From Candidatus Poribacteria bacterium (GTDB lineage: Bacteria > Poribacteria > WGA-4E > WGA-3G), in assembly GCA_965214095.1 (NCBI GenBank), contig OZ243938.1:480001-544000 (forward strand): a stretch of 64,000 nucleotides of DNA, read 5' to 3'. Shown here piece by piece: positions 10,494-20,479 of this stretch. The notes below the pieces were generated by a model, which made no database searches, was not told the DNA's origin, and worked only from the letters and a program-made list of their open reading frames with translations. The position numbers and the translations under genes are program-made. Position 1 is the stretch's first letter. Each line of letters opens with the position of its first letter.

Positions 10494-11654
10494 TCAACAA
10501 GGGGTGCTTGCCAAAGCAAGTCTGATCCCCTCTACTCCAAAGGTAGATGCCCCTACCTTATGAATATTAATAGCAGCGTTTATATCGCGGTCATGTTGGA
10601 TTTGACATTTATGACAATACCAATTGCGAATACTCAGATCAAAGAACATTTGGATTTGCCCGCAGGCATGACAGACTTTGCTTGTAGGTGTCCATCTGTT
10701 AATTGTTTCAACGCGTTTGCATCTTTTCTGTGCTTGCCACTTGATTTTCTGCATGAAGTCGCCAAAGGCATAGTCAGAAACTTTACGTCCCCAAAGACGT
10801 TTCATGCCTTCAAGATTCAGGTCTTCAAAGAAACAGACATCAAACTTTCGGACAAGTTCAAGAGCGAGTTTCCAGTGATGGTCTTCGCGTTGCCGATTGA
10901 TTTTTCTATGCACGCGTGCCAAGTGTTTCCTTGCACGTTGGCGATTATTACTGCCTTTTTGCTTCCGAGACAACGCACGACTCGCACGTTTTATCAGTTT
11001 AGAAGCAGACTTATAGAATTCAGGAGATTGATATTTCGTGCCATCGGAACAAGTGAGAAAATCCTTGAGTCCAAAGTCAAACCCTGCTGTCTTACCAGTC
11101 TTAGGTGCAGGCTCAAGTCCTTCAGCATCTGTTGTGATAGTGATATGCCAATCGCCTACTGCGTCTTTCTTAACGGTAACCTGTTTGATATTACCTTCAA
11201 TAGGTCGACTATACCAGAAGCGATACCATCTTCTATTGATACGGATTTTCGCAACGGGGCAGCCATATATTTTGTCAATGGGTTCTATTTTAACTTGACT
11301 TCCATCAAAGGTCATAGATTTGTATTTATACCGACTTCTAAATTTGGGCGGACGCTTAGCTCTACTTTCAAAGAAGTTTTTCCAACCTCTGTCAACGCGT
11401 TGGATACATTCTTGCAAACACCAAGAATATGGGATCGTCCAGTGTTGATATTTAGCAAGTCGTTTCAGTTTTGTCAAATGCTTAATCATCCGAAATGCAC
11501 TCGGTCGCTTGTAACCTTCGCATTGTCCATATATCCTGTAGTGCCGTTGCCACAACGCAACAAAATGGTTGTGGACATGGGCAATGATATGCAGGTCTTT
11601 TTGCAAATGACGATTTCTTTTATGTTTTTGTCCCTTGTATTTGTAGGTTCGCAT
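10494..11654 (-). CDS. tnpB: RNA-guided endonuclease TnpB
   Basis: GFDFG, FEDL, CHAC..CHKC, DRDINAAINI; catalytic triad intact. Confidence 0.95.
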   Translation of the reverse strand: MRTYKYKGQKHKRNRHLQKDLHIIAHVHNHFVALWQRHYRIYGQCEGYKRPSAFRMIKHLTKLKRLAKYQHWTIPYSWCLQECIQRVDRGWKNFFESRAKRPPKFRSRYKYKSMTFDGSQVKIEPIDKIYGCPVAKIRINRRWYRFWYSRPIEGNIKQVTVKKDAVGDWHITITTDAEGLEPAPKTGKTAGFDFGLKDFLTCSDGTKYQSPEFYKSASKLIKRASRALSRKQKGSNNRQRARKHLARVHRKINRQREDHHWKLALELVRKFDVCFFEDLNLEGMKRLWGRKVSDYAFGDFMQKIKWQAQKRCKRVETINRWTPTSKVCHACGQIQMFFDLSIRNWYCHKCQIQHDRDINAAINIHKVGASTFGVEGIRLALASTPC

Positions 11655-11744
11655 TACATATCCTTTGCATTACAAGACCACTTTCAAATGGTGCGGTGGC
11701 ACTCTCAAGCGAGAGGTCATATCCACAACTGTAATGCTGAATAT

Positions 11745-11773
11745 AGTATACTACAAATACACGAAAATGTTAA
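11745..11773 (-). promoter_or_regulatory. Internal promoter driving the second tnpB
   Basis: Minus strand TTAACA-17 bp-TATACT. Confidence 0.55.
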
Positions 11774-11930
11774 GTCTTATTGATTCATAAATGTGTTAGC
11801 GGTGTCTACATCCCCGTGCTAAAGCATCGGGGTCTTGACACCGAAGATATGATAATTGTTTGTGTTATGCTTAATTTTACTCAATTATTGTTAGGAAATT
11901 AAAACCTAATTCGCTATGGAGGAAGTAACA

Positions 11931-12716
11931 ATGAAATTCGTGGGTTGTTTTTTCACATATATCCTTACTGTATTTCTAATAACTGGATTAACTTTACCAG
12001 CATTGAGTCAGGGAGAAAAGCAAGATGATCTGATTGGTCACTGGACATTCGAAAAAGGTGTTGAATTAGAAGACCTTACGGGTCATTTTGGTGATATTGA
12101 ATTGAGGGGTGCCAAAGTTAATGATGGGAAATTGCACTTAGGTGACAATGAATGGGGATTGACAACTGGATATAAAGGACCACAGATTGGGCCTGATAAA
12201 ACCTTAGTCACGTGGCTCTATTTAGATGATCTCAATGTCACAAGGGGCGCGACAATCGCAGTAAATAAGAGCAGTGCCGACACATTTGATGCTATTGTAT
12301 ATGCTGAAAAGCATGCAAATCACTGGATGGCAGGTAGCAGTTTCTTTAGGCGTACACATAACGATCCACACGGAACACCTGAAAAAGAGACCGGTAAACT
12401 CATTCAATTGGCAATTTCATACGAAGATGATAACAGTAATGCTAAGATAATGATATACCGCAATGGAGAGATAATTGGTGATTATACACAGGGACCAATT
12501 AAATCTTGGACAGAGGGGGATGTAGAAGCACTTTTCGGTCCACGTGCTCTCATTGCTGGAACAGCTCACGGTTGGGTGGTAGCACGCGTTGAAGATGCAC
12601 GAATCTACAATGCAGTTCTCAGTGAAAATGATATTAATAATTTGGAAGCAGATACGCTTGATGTTGAACCGCGTGGCAAACTGGCAACGATCTGGGGAGA
12701 TATTAAGAAATATTAA
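11931..12716 (+). CDS. Secreted LamG/ConA-like jelly-roll protein with a Poribacteria-type C-terminal motif
   Basis: Signal peptide, LIGHWTFE, EDARIYNAVLSE, ends VEPRGKLATIWGDIKKY; GGAGG RBS before ATG 11931. Confidence 0.8.
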   Translation: MKFVGCFFTYILTVFLITGLTLPALSQGEKQDDLIGHWTFEKGVELEDLTGHFGDIELRGAKVNDGKLHLGDNEWGLTTGYKGPQIGPDKTLVTWLYLDDLNVTRGATIAVNKSSADTFDAIVYAEKHANHWMAGSSFFRRTHNDPHGTPEKETGKLIQLAISYEDDNSNAKIMIYRNGEIIGDYTQGPIKSWTEGDVEALFGPRALIAGTAHGWVVARVEDARIYNAVLSENDINNLEADTLDVEPRGKLATIWGDIKKY

Positions 12717-14800
12717 GGGTCTAACTTCTGTTTGATATATTCCCAATCCCACAGAAGGACAGTACCATCTCTGCTTGCAGTGGCTAAAGTCTTACCATCT
12801 GGAAAGAATGCTAAATCGTTGACCCAATCGGTATGTCCTTTGAGTATGTTTGAGACGTTGAATGTCCGTGTTTCATGCAATTGTATTGTCCCGTTAGATC
12901 CGCCAAAAACAATGCTTCTCTCATCAGGAGAAAACTGTAGACTCCCACAAACTTCATTCGTATGACCTGAAGATATTCGCTCACCTGATAACACATGCCA
13001 GATATAAATTTCATCATCAATCATACTTGCCAATAATTTTCCACTTGGTGAGAATACTAACCTACGTCTTGTAAACCTACGTATTGCATTTTTCTGTCCA
13101 GTTAGTGTATGCCGTTTAGTCCCCGTCTCTACGTCCCACAAGTGAATTATCTCATCTTTGCCACCAGTTGCTAATAGGTCCCCCTTCGGTGATAGTGCCA
13201 ATGTACTAAGAGAACCTGTGGATTCATTAAGAGTGTAGACTGGTGCTATCGTCTTGGCATTAGTCGATAACCTTTTCAATAAAGGTTTTGTCTGCTTCGG
13301 AATGTTCCATATATGAAACTTAACGATTTGTTCATTCTGAGTTGCAGTTGCCAATCTATTCCCATCATTAGAGAAAACGAAATTTGGTATCATATATAAG
13401 GGCACTTCAATCCCAGTTAAAGTAAATCTCTTACTTTTTTCGGAGGCATCCCACAGTTCATAAGTATTTTCAGGACTCCAATCCTTTATTACAATATACT
13501 TTGCATCTGATGAAATTGCCTGAGGGCTTTTCAAGTTGAGGAATGTCCCTGTCAGGTGATGACCGACATTGATGTCCCAATTCTGTATTTGATAATTGAA
13601 AGAATGCACAGTTATTAAAGCATTATTCTCATCCGAAACGGCTAAATTATCGACTTCTGATGCATGTCCTGAACACGTAAGTTGCTGTTGACCAGTGTTA
13701 GCATCCCAAACCCGAATTGTTCCATCTTTGCTGCCTGTAAGAAATCTTTTTCCATCAGGTGAATATGTTATGTTTGAGATAGTGTGTTTATGTCGAGTCA
13801 GTCTTTTCTTGGGTAAGAAACGACCTACTTTTCCAAGCCAACCTTGTTGTTTTGCTGTTGCATCCCATAGATATATACTCCCATCGTGCCCACCACTAAC
13901 AAGGGTTTTGCCATTCGGTGAAAATGCAAGCGCGGAAAAACTTACAGGTGCTTTGAATGATATCCGTGATTCCTGTGTATTCATATCCCATAACTTGATA
14001 GTATGGAAATCATCACCACTTGCCAGTGTCTTACTATCTGGCGAAAAAACTAAGGATTCAATAGACCGTTCATGTCCCGTTAGTGTAAACAGAAGCTTAG
14101 AAGTTGTCGTGTCCCATAAATGAATTGGAGATCTTCTCATTGGGTTGTTTGTTGACACTGCTAATGCAAGAAAACGTCCATCAGGTGAAAGACTAATTAC
14201 TGGATTATGTGCATCCTTAAAATCGAAATTTATATTCTTTATTTCGATCGGTTCTGGTTCTGAACGTTCATTAAAATACCAATGGACTATCTTATTCTGC
14301 GGCCTGTCTAAACCGATCATTTCAGGACGATTCTCAGAGAAGAAACACGCTGAATGCTTGATTTTTTCATTAAAGAAAATGGTTCGGAGTTTACCAGTAT
14401 CTACATCCCATTCTATTATTCTTCCTTTTGAATTTGATCCAATAAGCGTCCGTCCATCCAATGAAAACATTACTCCTATAACATTCTGTCTTTCTCCTTT
14501 TAATAGTGAAATTTCTGTTCCCGTCTTTGCATCATACGTCCAAAGGCCGATCGTGGTTGCCACTGCAAACGAATTACCGTCGGGTGAGAATTTGATGTCA
14601 TTTATACTGCCTTTACCTAAACGTGCTTTGGCACCTTCAGGTAACTGCCATTGGGAATAGTTTACATTTGATGTAGGGAATGTCAATTCTATTGTATCAC
14701 GATTCATCAACCTTCTGACGAATAATGTCAAGGCAAGAACTGCAAGGATAGATATAAGGATCACTATGAGTATAGCAAAAGAGCGACGAGATAGTTTCAT
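12713..14800 (-). CDS. Membrane-anchored WD40-repeat protein
   Basis: N-terminal TM helix; many GH..FSPDG..LAS..D.T..LWD repeats. Confidence 0.92.
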   Translation of the reverse strand: MKLSRRSFAILIVILISILAVLALTLFVRRLMNRDTIELTFPTSNVNYSQWQLPEGAKARLGKGSINDIKFSPDGNSFAVATTIGLWTYDAKTGTEISLLKGERQNVIGVMFSLDGRTLIGSNSKGRIIEWDVDTGKLRTIFFNEKIKHSACFFSENRPEMIGLDRPQNKIVHWYFNERSEPEPIEIKNINFDFKDAHNPVISLSPDGRFLALAVSTNNPMRRSPIHLWDTTTSKLLFTLTGHERSIESLVFSPDSKTLASGDDFHTIKLWDMNTQESRISFKAPVSFSALAFSPNGKTLVSGGHDGSIYLWDATAKQQGWLGKVGRFLPKKRLTRHKHTISNITYSPDGKRFLTGSKDGTIRVWDANTGQQQLTCSGHASEVDNLAVSDENNALITVHSFNYQIQNWDINVGHHLTGTFLNLKSPQAISSDAKYIVIKDWSPENTYELWDASEKSKRFTLTGIEVPLYMIPNFVFSNDGNRLATATQNEQIVKFHIWNIPKQTKPLLKRLSTNAKTIAPVYTLNESTGSLSTLALSPKGDLLATGGKDEIIHLWDVETGTKRHTLTGQKNAIRRFTRRRLVFSPSGKLLASMIDDEIYIWHVLSGERISSGHTNEVCGSLQFSPDERSIVFGGSNGTIQLHETRTFNVSNILKGHTDWVNDLAFFPDGKTLATASRDGTVLLWDWEYIKQKLDP

Positions 14801-14807
14801 GTGCTTA

Positions 14808-15413
14808 TTACCTTATTGAGTTTTGTATATTCTCATAGATAGATTGTGCTTTTATATAATCCTCTGGTCTGTTGACATTGAAGAAGGATATCCCCTCAAA
14901 ATCATACGATTTCCACACTTCTGGATGCACACACAACACATTCGCATGTTCTTGCAATTTGTGGACACGTAATTCAGATTGCTGCAACATCCCTTCAATA
15001 ATCGGTATGCATCGTTTTGAATACACTGCACAGAGCGTTTGAAGCCGATCATGAGTATCTAATGGCATAGCTGCATCATAATTTTCTAACTCAGAGACAA
15101 GATAATTGAGTAGATTTGGTCTCAAGAATGGACTATCGCAGCCGACACATATTACAGTTTCATGAGATGCATGTGTCAACCCTGAATGAATACCTCCTAA
15201 TGTGCCTACATTTTGTATGATGTCGTTATGCATTTCCATATCCAGATGTGCATATTCATCAGGATTGTTTGTGATAAGCAGTAGTTCATCGGTGATTGAC
15301 TTCAAGCACGAAATTACATGACCGATGAGTGTGTCGTTTCCTAAGCGCAGAAATGCCTTATTTTCTCCCATCCGGCGACTTTTTCCGCCTGCTAAGATAA
15401 CGCCTGTTAACAT
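14808..15413 (-). CDS. mobA: Molybdenum cofactor guanylyltransferase
   Basis: ILAGGKSRRMG.NK, CDSP, FFNVN. Confidence 0.9.
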   Translation of the reverse strand: MLTGVILAGGKSRRMGENKAFLRLGNDTLIGHVISCLKSITDELLLITNNPDEYAHLDMEMHNDIIQNVGTLGGIHSGLTHASHETVICVGCDSPFLRPNLLNYLVSELENYDAAMPLDTHDRLQTLCAVYSKRCIPIIEGMLQQSELRVHKLQEHANVLCVHPEVWKSYDFEGISFFNVNRPEDYIKAQSIYENIQNSIR

Positions 15414-16810
15414 TTCATCGGATCTCTATTATTTTCTACAAGTCTCGGACCAAACCGACTTTCCATCGTTGACCGTAACTCTTGAACTAATTCCTTATTA
15501 GATTCAGCGATGTTATTCAATTCTTCTGGATCGTCTTCAAGATTGTATAATTCAATGAAACCGTCCCGACTTTCAATTAACTTGTGCGTATGCGTCCGAA
15601 TACAAGTGAAGTTGATCAGTTTGCTGACTGCTTCATTGCGGTGTGTATCGGTTTCTCTGTGAAGGACTGGGGCAATAGATTGTCCATCAATGTTTTCTAA
15701 CACTGGGACACCCGCCATTTCGCAAATAGTTGGATTTAAGTCATTCAGTTCAACCAATGTATTGGAGATGCGGTTTGGTCCTATTCCTGGACCTGCTACA
15801 ATGAGAGGAACCCGTAGCGATGCTTCATAGGCTAAACTCTTGGTATATAACCCGTGGTCTCCGAGCATTTCACCATGGTCACTTGAGTAGATGATGTAGG
15901 TATTTTCAAGCATGCCACGTTCTTCCAAGGCATTGAGCATGTTGCCGATTTGATCGTCTATCAGTTCAGTTGCAGCACAATATTGTTGACGTGTGATTTT
16001 AACTTCTTCAGGTGTGACATTGACGACACGTTTTTTTACCCAGTCCGGTTTTCCTTCCATATCGTCTTTAATGTGTGCTGGCATTTCAGCTTGGCGATAC
16101 TTGTCTCCGTATTCCGTTGGTGGATCAAACGGATCGTGCGGTCCGACGAAACTGACAAATAAATGCCACGGAAAATCATCAGGTATGGTTTGAATGAATT
16201 CAGTTGCGCGCCTACCGATATATGAATCTTCAAAATCCTCAGTCGGTAGCACAGAATCGTAAGAACCGTTTTTTATCCAACCCCCTGAAGAACTTCTATT
16301 TCGGTAATCTTGATGAAATTTTTCTAATAGTCCTTTTTCCTGTAGATAATGCGTATAGGGACCGATGGGAGTAGGTGATCTACCAGCATGCATCTTTCCT
16401 TCACATTCTTCTGGATGTGTGAATCCCCAACTATATGCGCGGGGACGGTCTCCATAACGACCGTTATATCCATCAGGTTTTGCCAAGTCAAGTTTTCCTA
16501 CACATCCAACACGATAGCCGTAATCGCGAAGTTGTTGGTAATAGGTTGGGACGGTGGCAGGTAAGAAACTACCATTGGCGAGTGAACCGAGACGCGAAGG
16601 CTGTATTCCTGATGCTAGTCCGATTCTGGATGGTGCACAGACGGGCGCGTTTACGGTGCAATTTGGAAAATTCACTCCCATTTCTGTTAATCTTCGCAGA
16701 TTCGGTGTGTTGAGTGCTTTCGGAGCATTTTCATCTGTTTCCACATAGTCATATCTATGTTGATCGGACATGATGAATAGGACGTTGGGGCTGTCTGTTT
16801 TTCTGTTCAT
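15407..16810 (-). CDS. Sulfatase (Cys type)
   Basis: PNVLFIMSDQHR, CAPSR, SDHGEMLGDHG. Confidence 0.93.
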   Translation of the reverse strand: MNRKTDSPNVLFIMSDQHRYDYVETDENAPKALNTPNLRRLTEMGVNFPNCTVNAPVCAPSRIGLASGIQPSRLGSLANGSFLPATVPTYYQQLRDYGYRVGCVGKLDLAKPDGYNGRYGDRPRAYSWGFTHPEECEGKMHAGRSPTPIGPYTHYLQEKGLLEKFHQDYRNRSSSGGWIKNGSYDSVLPTEDFEDSYIGRRATEFIQTIPDDFPWHLFVSFVGPHDPFDPPTEYGDKYRQAEMPAHIKDDMEGKPDWVKKRVVNVTPEEVKITRQQYCAATELIDDQIGNMLNALEERGMLENTYIIYSSDHGEMLGDHGLYTKSLAYEASLRVPLIVAGPGIGPNRISNTLVELNDLNPTICEMAGVPVLENIDGQSIAPVLHRETDTHRNEAVSKLINFTCIRTHTHKLIESRDGFIELYNLEDDPEELNNIAESNKELVQELRSTMESRFGPRLVENNRDPMKC

Positions 16811-16942
16811 ATTCCTCCGCTCTTTTCATTATATGGGTTATTAAGGGGTTAGAAAACCAATGTCGGTGTGTTATCTCTACCTGAAGATGATTGTATCATA
16901 GATATGTTGTTTAGTCAATATATTGTCAAAAATACATACAAA

Positions 16943-16971
16943 TTGAAAATCTTGTCTATCTGTGGTATAAT
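16943..16971 (+). promoter_or_regulatory. Sigma70 promoter directly before an ATG (leaderless-type)
   Basis: TTGAAA-17 bp-TATAAT, 6 nt, ATG 16978; no Shine-Dalgarno. Confidence 0.7.
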
Positions 16972-16977
16972 ACTCTT

Positions 16978-17346
16978 ATGAAAGACTATATACTCTTAAT
17001 ATTTAACGTTTTGCTGACAGTGTTTGGACAAATCTTACTCAAACAAGGAGTCAGTGAAGTTGGACGTATCAACAGTTTTCGTGAACTTTTTCCTAAACTA
17101 ACACAAGTGATTTTTAATCCATTTGTTTTAGGTGGGATTTCTGTATACGGATTTACTACCTTCGTTTGGCTTGTTATTCTTTCCCGTGTAAAACTTAGTA
17201 TCGCATATCCAATGTTGAGTTTAGGTTATGTCCTTGCGATCCCACTCTCATGGTTATTCTTTAAAGAATCTATTCCAAGAGTTCGTATTATCGGAGCGAT
17301 TATAATATGTATCGGTGTATACCTTGTTGCACAAGGGGAAGCATAA
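16978..17346 (+). CDS. Small EamA/SMR-type (ArnE/F-like) transporter
   Basis: Four TM helices, GQILLK, LS.AYP, FKE. Confidence 0.85.
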   Translation: MKDYILLIFNVLLTVFGQILLKQGVSEVGRINSFRELFPKLTQVIFNPFVLGGISVYGFTTFVWLVILSRVKLSIAYPMLSLGYVLAIPLSWLFFKESIPRVRIIGAIIICIGVYLVAQGEA

Positions 17347-17349
17347 AAC

Positions 17350-17823
17350 ATGCATGAATCTGCTTCTCAATATCAATCAGATCCGAACCAGCAAATGCAA
17401 GCGTCCCCATCGCGTTCTTATACTGCTATGATATTGTCTGGCATAATACCAGGTTTGGGTCAGTTATATTTACATAGATTGATAAAAGCATTTATTATAT
17501 TTTTCCTGTTTTTGACAGGTGTGGTATTAATCTATCTCAATTCATATCCTGTAAGAGAATTGAGCGATCTTTTCAGATTTGAATCAGATGCCAGTAGTGG
17601 ATTTGTTGCCGGTGATAGTGATGATGAGACTGTTCAAAATGCTATTCAACTCTGGACATTTGATGATGGAAAGAGCTTGTGGTTTCGTCCGTCTATGATT
17701 CTGAAAGTTACTGCACTTATACAAATAATATTATGTTGGTTCTATGCAGTCTATGATGGTTGGCGTGTTGAACATGAAATAGACATTAGGACATATCAAA
17801 GAAACAGAACATCCGAGATTTAG
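17350..17823 (+). CDS. Hypothetical membrane protein
   Basis: LSGIIPGLGQLY motif and TM segments. Confidence 0.7.
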   Translation: MHESASQYQSDPNQQMQASPSRSYTAMILSGIIPGLGQLYLHRLIKAFIIFFLFLTGVVLIYLNSYPVRELSDLFRFESDASSGFVAGDSDDETVQNAIQLWTFDDGKSLWFRPSMILKVTALIQIILCWFYAVYDGWRVEHEIDIRTYQRNRTSEI

Positions 17824-17973
17824 AACCTGTATAAGTTTGATATAAGCGAACTGAAGTATATTGTAGGTTGGGGTGAGGAATCTAACACAATATACAACTG
17901 CAGCACAGACTCAAATGAGACTGACCTCTGCGCGTTCATCCTATTACCAACTGCAAAAGTTGTTAAACCTAAT

Positions 17974-19317
17974 ATGTTTAGAACAAAACTAATATATACA
18001 TCACTCATATTATTTTGTTCATTGTCTGCACTCTTACTTGGATGTCAATCTGACGATTTCAGAGAGATAGAAGAATTGCTGGATAGTGGTGATGCACAAA
18101 CAGCATTAGAGAAATTGGAGGGTTATTTACAAACCGAACCGAAGAATCCCAAAATCCTTATGCTACTTGGCAAATCCTACAACGAATTGGGACGGTACAA
18201 TGAAGCAGTCCTGCAGTTTGAAAATGCCACAGAACTCTATGCATCAGAACCAGAAAAACTTAATGAAGCAAAGCTTGAATTAGCATATACTTATCTTCAT
18301 ATTGGAGATAGAGATTCGGCATTTCGTTTAGTTAAAGAAGTGCAAAAGCGCGCGAAAAACACCAAAATTATACAAAAATTCATCGAACTTGTAGGGGATA
18401 GCTACAAAACAAAACAACTAACGAATGGAGATTCCGACAACTATTCTCCTGTCTTTTCACCAGATGGGACACAACTTGCATTTGTGTCATTCCGTCTTGA
18501 CAATGGCGAAATCTATTTGATGGATTTGAATGGTCGAATTACACGACGGGTAACATATTCAACAGATTTTAATGACAATTCTCCTGCATTTCTTCATAAA
18601 CCTGATTATATTTTCTATAGTAGTGAACCTAAAGATACTCGTGAAATCAAACTTCTAATACAAAGTAGCGGATCAACCCCAATCTTCGCAGGTTTAAACC
18701 TAACCCATATCCACAGCAAAACTACAAGTAATGTAATCCCAAATAGTTTCGGTACTCGTGTACCACAATCTTCACGCGAAGGGAACAAGGTTGTCTACGA
18801 ATCAAATGTTGATGAGAACTTAGAATTATTTCTACTTGAATTAAGTGAACTTGATCTTACCCAATTCACTTCAAAACACATCACACCTAAACGTATTACC
18901 TATAATGATACGGATGAAGGTAGTCCAAGTTTCTTTCCTGATGGCAAACGAATTATTTTTGTGTCTTCACGGGACGAGGTGAACCAACTGTATACTATCA
19001 ATATAGACGGAAAAAATGAGAGGCATTTTAATCCAAACCGATTTGACAGCTATACTCCTTCAGTTTCTCCTGATGGAAAGACAATTGCATTTATGTCTGC
19101 AAGATATGGGGACTGGGAAATATATCTCGTTGATGTGAATGGTAAAAACGAAAGACAGATTACAAATGACATTGGAAGGTCAATACAACCTACATTCTCT
19201 CCCGATGGTCGCTATATTGCTTTTGTTTCGGATAGGAGTGATGCGTTTCATATCTATTTAATGGATTTGAATAAGCCTATCACACAACAAGATTTAGTGG
19301 AACGTCTACATCGCTAA
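17974..19317 (+). CDS. Lipoprotein with TPR repeats and a TolB-like PD40 propeller
   Basis: Lipobox LLGC, TPR-like helices, repeated P.FSPDG..IAFVS.R. Confidence 0.88.
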   Translation: MFRTKLIYTSLILFCSLSALLLGCQSDDFREIEELLDSGDAQTALEKLEGYLQTEPKNPKILMLLGKSYNELGRYNEAVLQFENATELYASEPEKLNEAKLELAYTYLHIGDRDSAFRLVKEVQKRAKNTKIIQKFIELVGDSYKTKQLTNGDSDNYSPVFSPDGTQLAFVSFRLDNGEIYLMDLNGRITRRVTYSTDFNDNSPAFLHKPDYIFYSSEPKDTREIKLLIQSSGSTPIFAGLNLTHIHSKTTSNVIPNSFGTRVPQSSREGNKVVYESNVDENLELFLLELSELDLTQFTSKHITPKRITYNDTDEGSPSFFPDGKRIIFVSSRDEVNQLYTINIDGKNERHFNPNRFDSYTPSVSPDGKTIAFMSARYGDWEIYLVDVNGKNERQITNDIGRSIQPTFSPDGRYIAFVSDRSDAFHIYLMDLNKPITQQDLVERLHR

Positions 19318-19367
19318 AGTCATGGATTTGTTTGAGATAATGTCTCGTTATTTTGAGGAGGTGAAAT

Positions 19368-20327
19368 ATGTATCGAGTAATAAAACCTGAAGGTTTTGGG
19401 AATATACAACTTGAGGAGGTAGAAACACCTGAAGTAAACGAAAATCAGATACGGGTTAAGACTGATACCACCCTAATTAGTCGTGGATCGGAACTTTTTA
19501 GACGATACATCCTTGAAGAAGCGGTTTCACCGTCAATCATGGGGTATTCGCTAACAGGCACTGTGGATGCTGTAGGTGAACAGGTTGTTGACTATGAACT
19601 TGGTGATAGAGTGATGGCAGTAGCACCGCATGCACAATATGTGGTAATGGAACCTAACCCGACAGATGGTAGAGTTGTTAAATTACCGACTGGAGTTTCT
19701 TTTGAAGCAGGGACATTTTTACCTCTGGCGACGAGTGCCGTTGCATGGGCAGATTCATCGGGTGTGAAGTCGGGTGACACCGTGGTTATTCTTGGACAGG
19801 GTTTAGTAGGTAGTTTGATGATGCAGGTTATCCGCAATTATTCACCTGAAAAGATAATTACTGTGGACGCGCTGGCTTTTCGTTGTGGGGTATCTGCTAA
19901 ACTCGGTGCTGATGTTTCTATCAACGCTGATGAGGAAGACCCTGTTCAGGCAGTGCGTCGCTTAACAGATGGCAAAGGGGCAGATTTGGTCATTGATTGT
20001 GTCGGTGGACATGCGGGTGTTAAGTCTTTTGAACAAGCACAAGATATGGTGCGGCAATTTGGTATAGTTCAACTTATCGCCCTGTACCAACAGAAACCAC
20101 TGCCATTACATTCATCTAAAATGATGAGCAAACGTTTAGTTGCAGGCACCCTAACAGATGAACCACGCGTCAATTTAGCGGCGCGCGCATTGCAAAAAAT
20201 ACAGGACAGAGAAATCCATACGGGTGATATGATTACACACCGTTTTGATTATACAGATGCAAAAGCAGCCTTTGATTTGTTGTGGAATACTCCGGGAGAT
20301 ACTCTTGGTGTATTGATTAAGTGGTAA
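19368..20327 (+). CDS. Medium-chain dehydrogenase/reductase family protein
   Basis: GroES-like N-terminus, GQGLVG, GADLVIDCVG, ITHRF. Confidence 0.85.
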   Translation: MYRVIKPEGFGNIQLEEVETPEVNENQIRVKTDTTLISRGSELFRRYILEEAVSPSIMGYSLTGTVDAVGEQVVDYELGDRVMAVAPHAQYVVMEPNPTDGRVVKLPTGVSFEAGTFLPLATSAVAWADSSGVKSGDTVVILGQGLVGSLMMQVIRNYSPEKIITVDALAFRCGVSAKLGADVSINADEEDPVQAVRRLTDGKGADLVIDCVGGHAGVKSFEQAQDMVRQFGIVQLIALYQQKPLPLHSSKMMSKRLVAGTLTDEPRVNLAARALQKIQDREIHTGDMITHRFDYTDAKAAFDLLWNTPGDTLGVLIKW

Positions 20328-20463
20328 TGCCATTTTTAACTGATAACTTGTCATTATCAAAATAAGTGTTCGTAGTCGCGTAATTCATTGCGCCTCGGAC
20401 CTTCTCTGTCTTAGTTTGAGTTCACAATCTCATAGTGAACTATTTTTTATTAGAAATGGTATA
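20326..20463. mobile_element. MITE family A (TACCATTTCTA-type termini) carrying a GTAG hairpin
   Basis: TGCCATTTTTA...TAGAAATGGTATA; internal GTAGTCGCGTAATTCATTGCGC; close copy at 39299. Confidence 0.75.
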
Positions 20464-20479
20464 AGGTAGATTCCAAGAT

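Larger units (their letters stand above)
10429..11851 (-). mobile_element. IS200/IS605-family (tnpB only) element
   Basis: Left hairpin CCCCGATGC-TTTA-GCACGGGG inside a GGTGTC/GACACC stem, preceded by TTAT; right hairpin CACCGGAGC-TTTA-GCTCGGTG ending in TCAA. Confidence 0.85.

Noticed and set aside
10488-11783. 431-aa plus-strand ORF
   Set aside because: Antisense shadow of tnpB with no recognisable motifs
17786-17946. Possible degenerate MITE with a GTAGGTTGGG remnant at the 3' end of 17350-17823
   Set aside because: Termini are too degenerate to support without other copies
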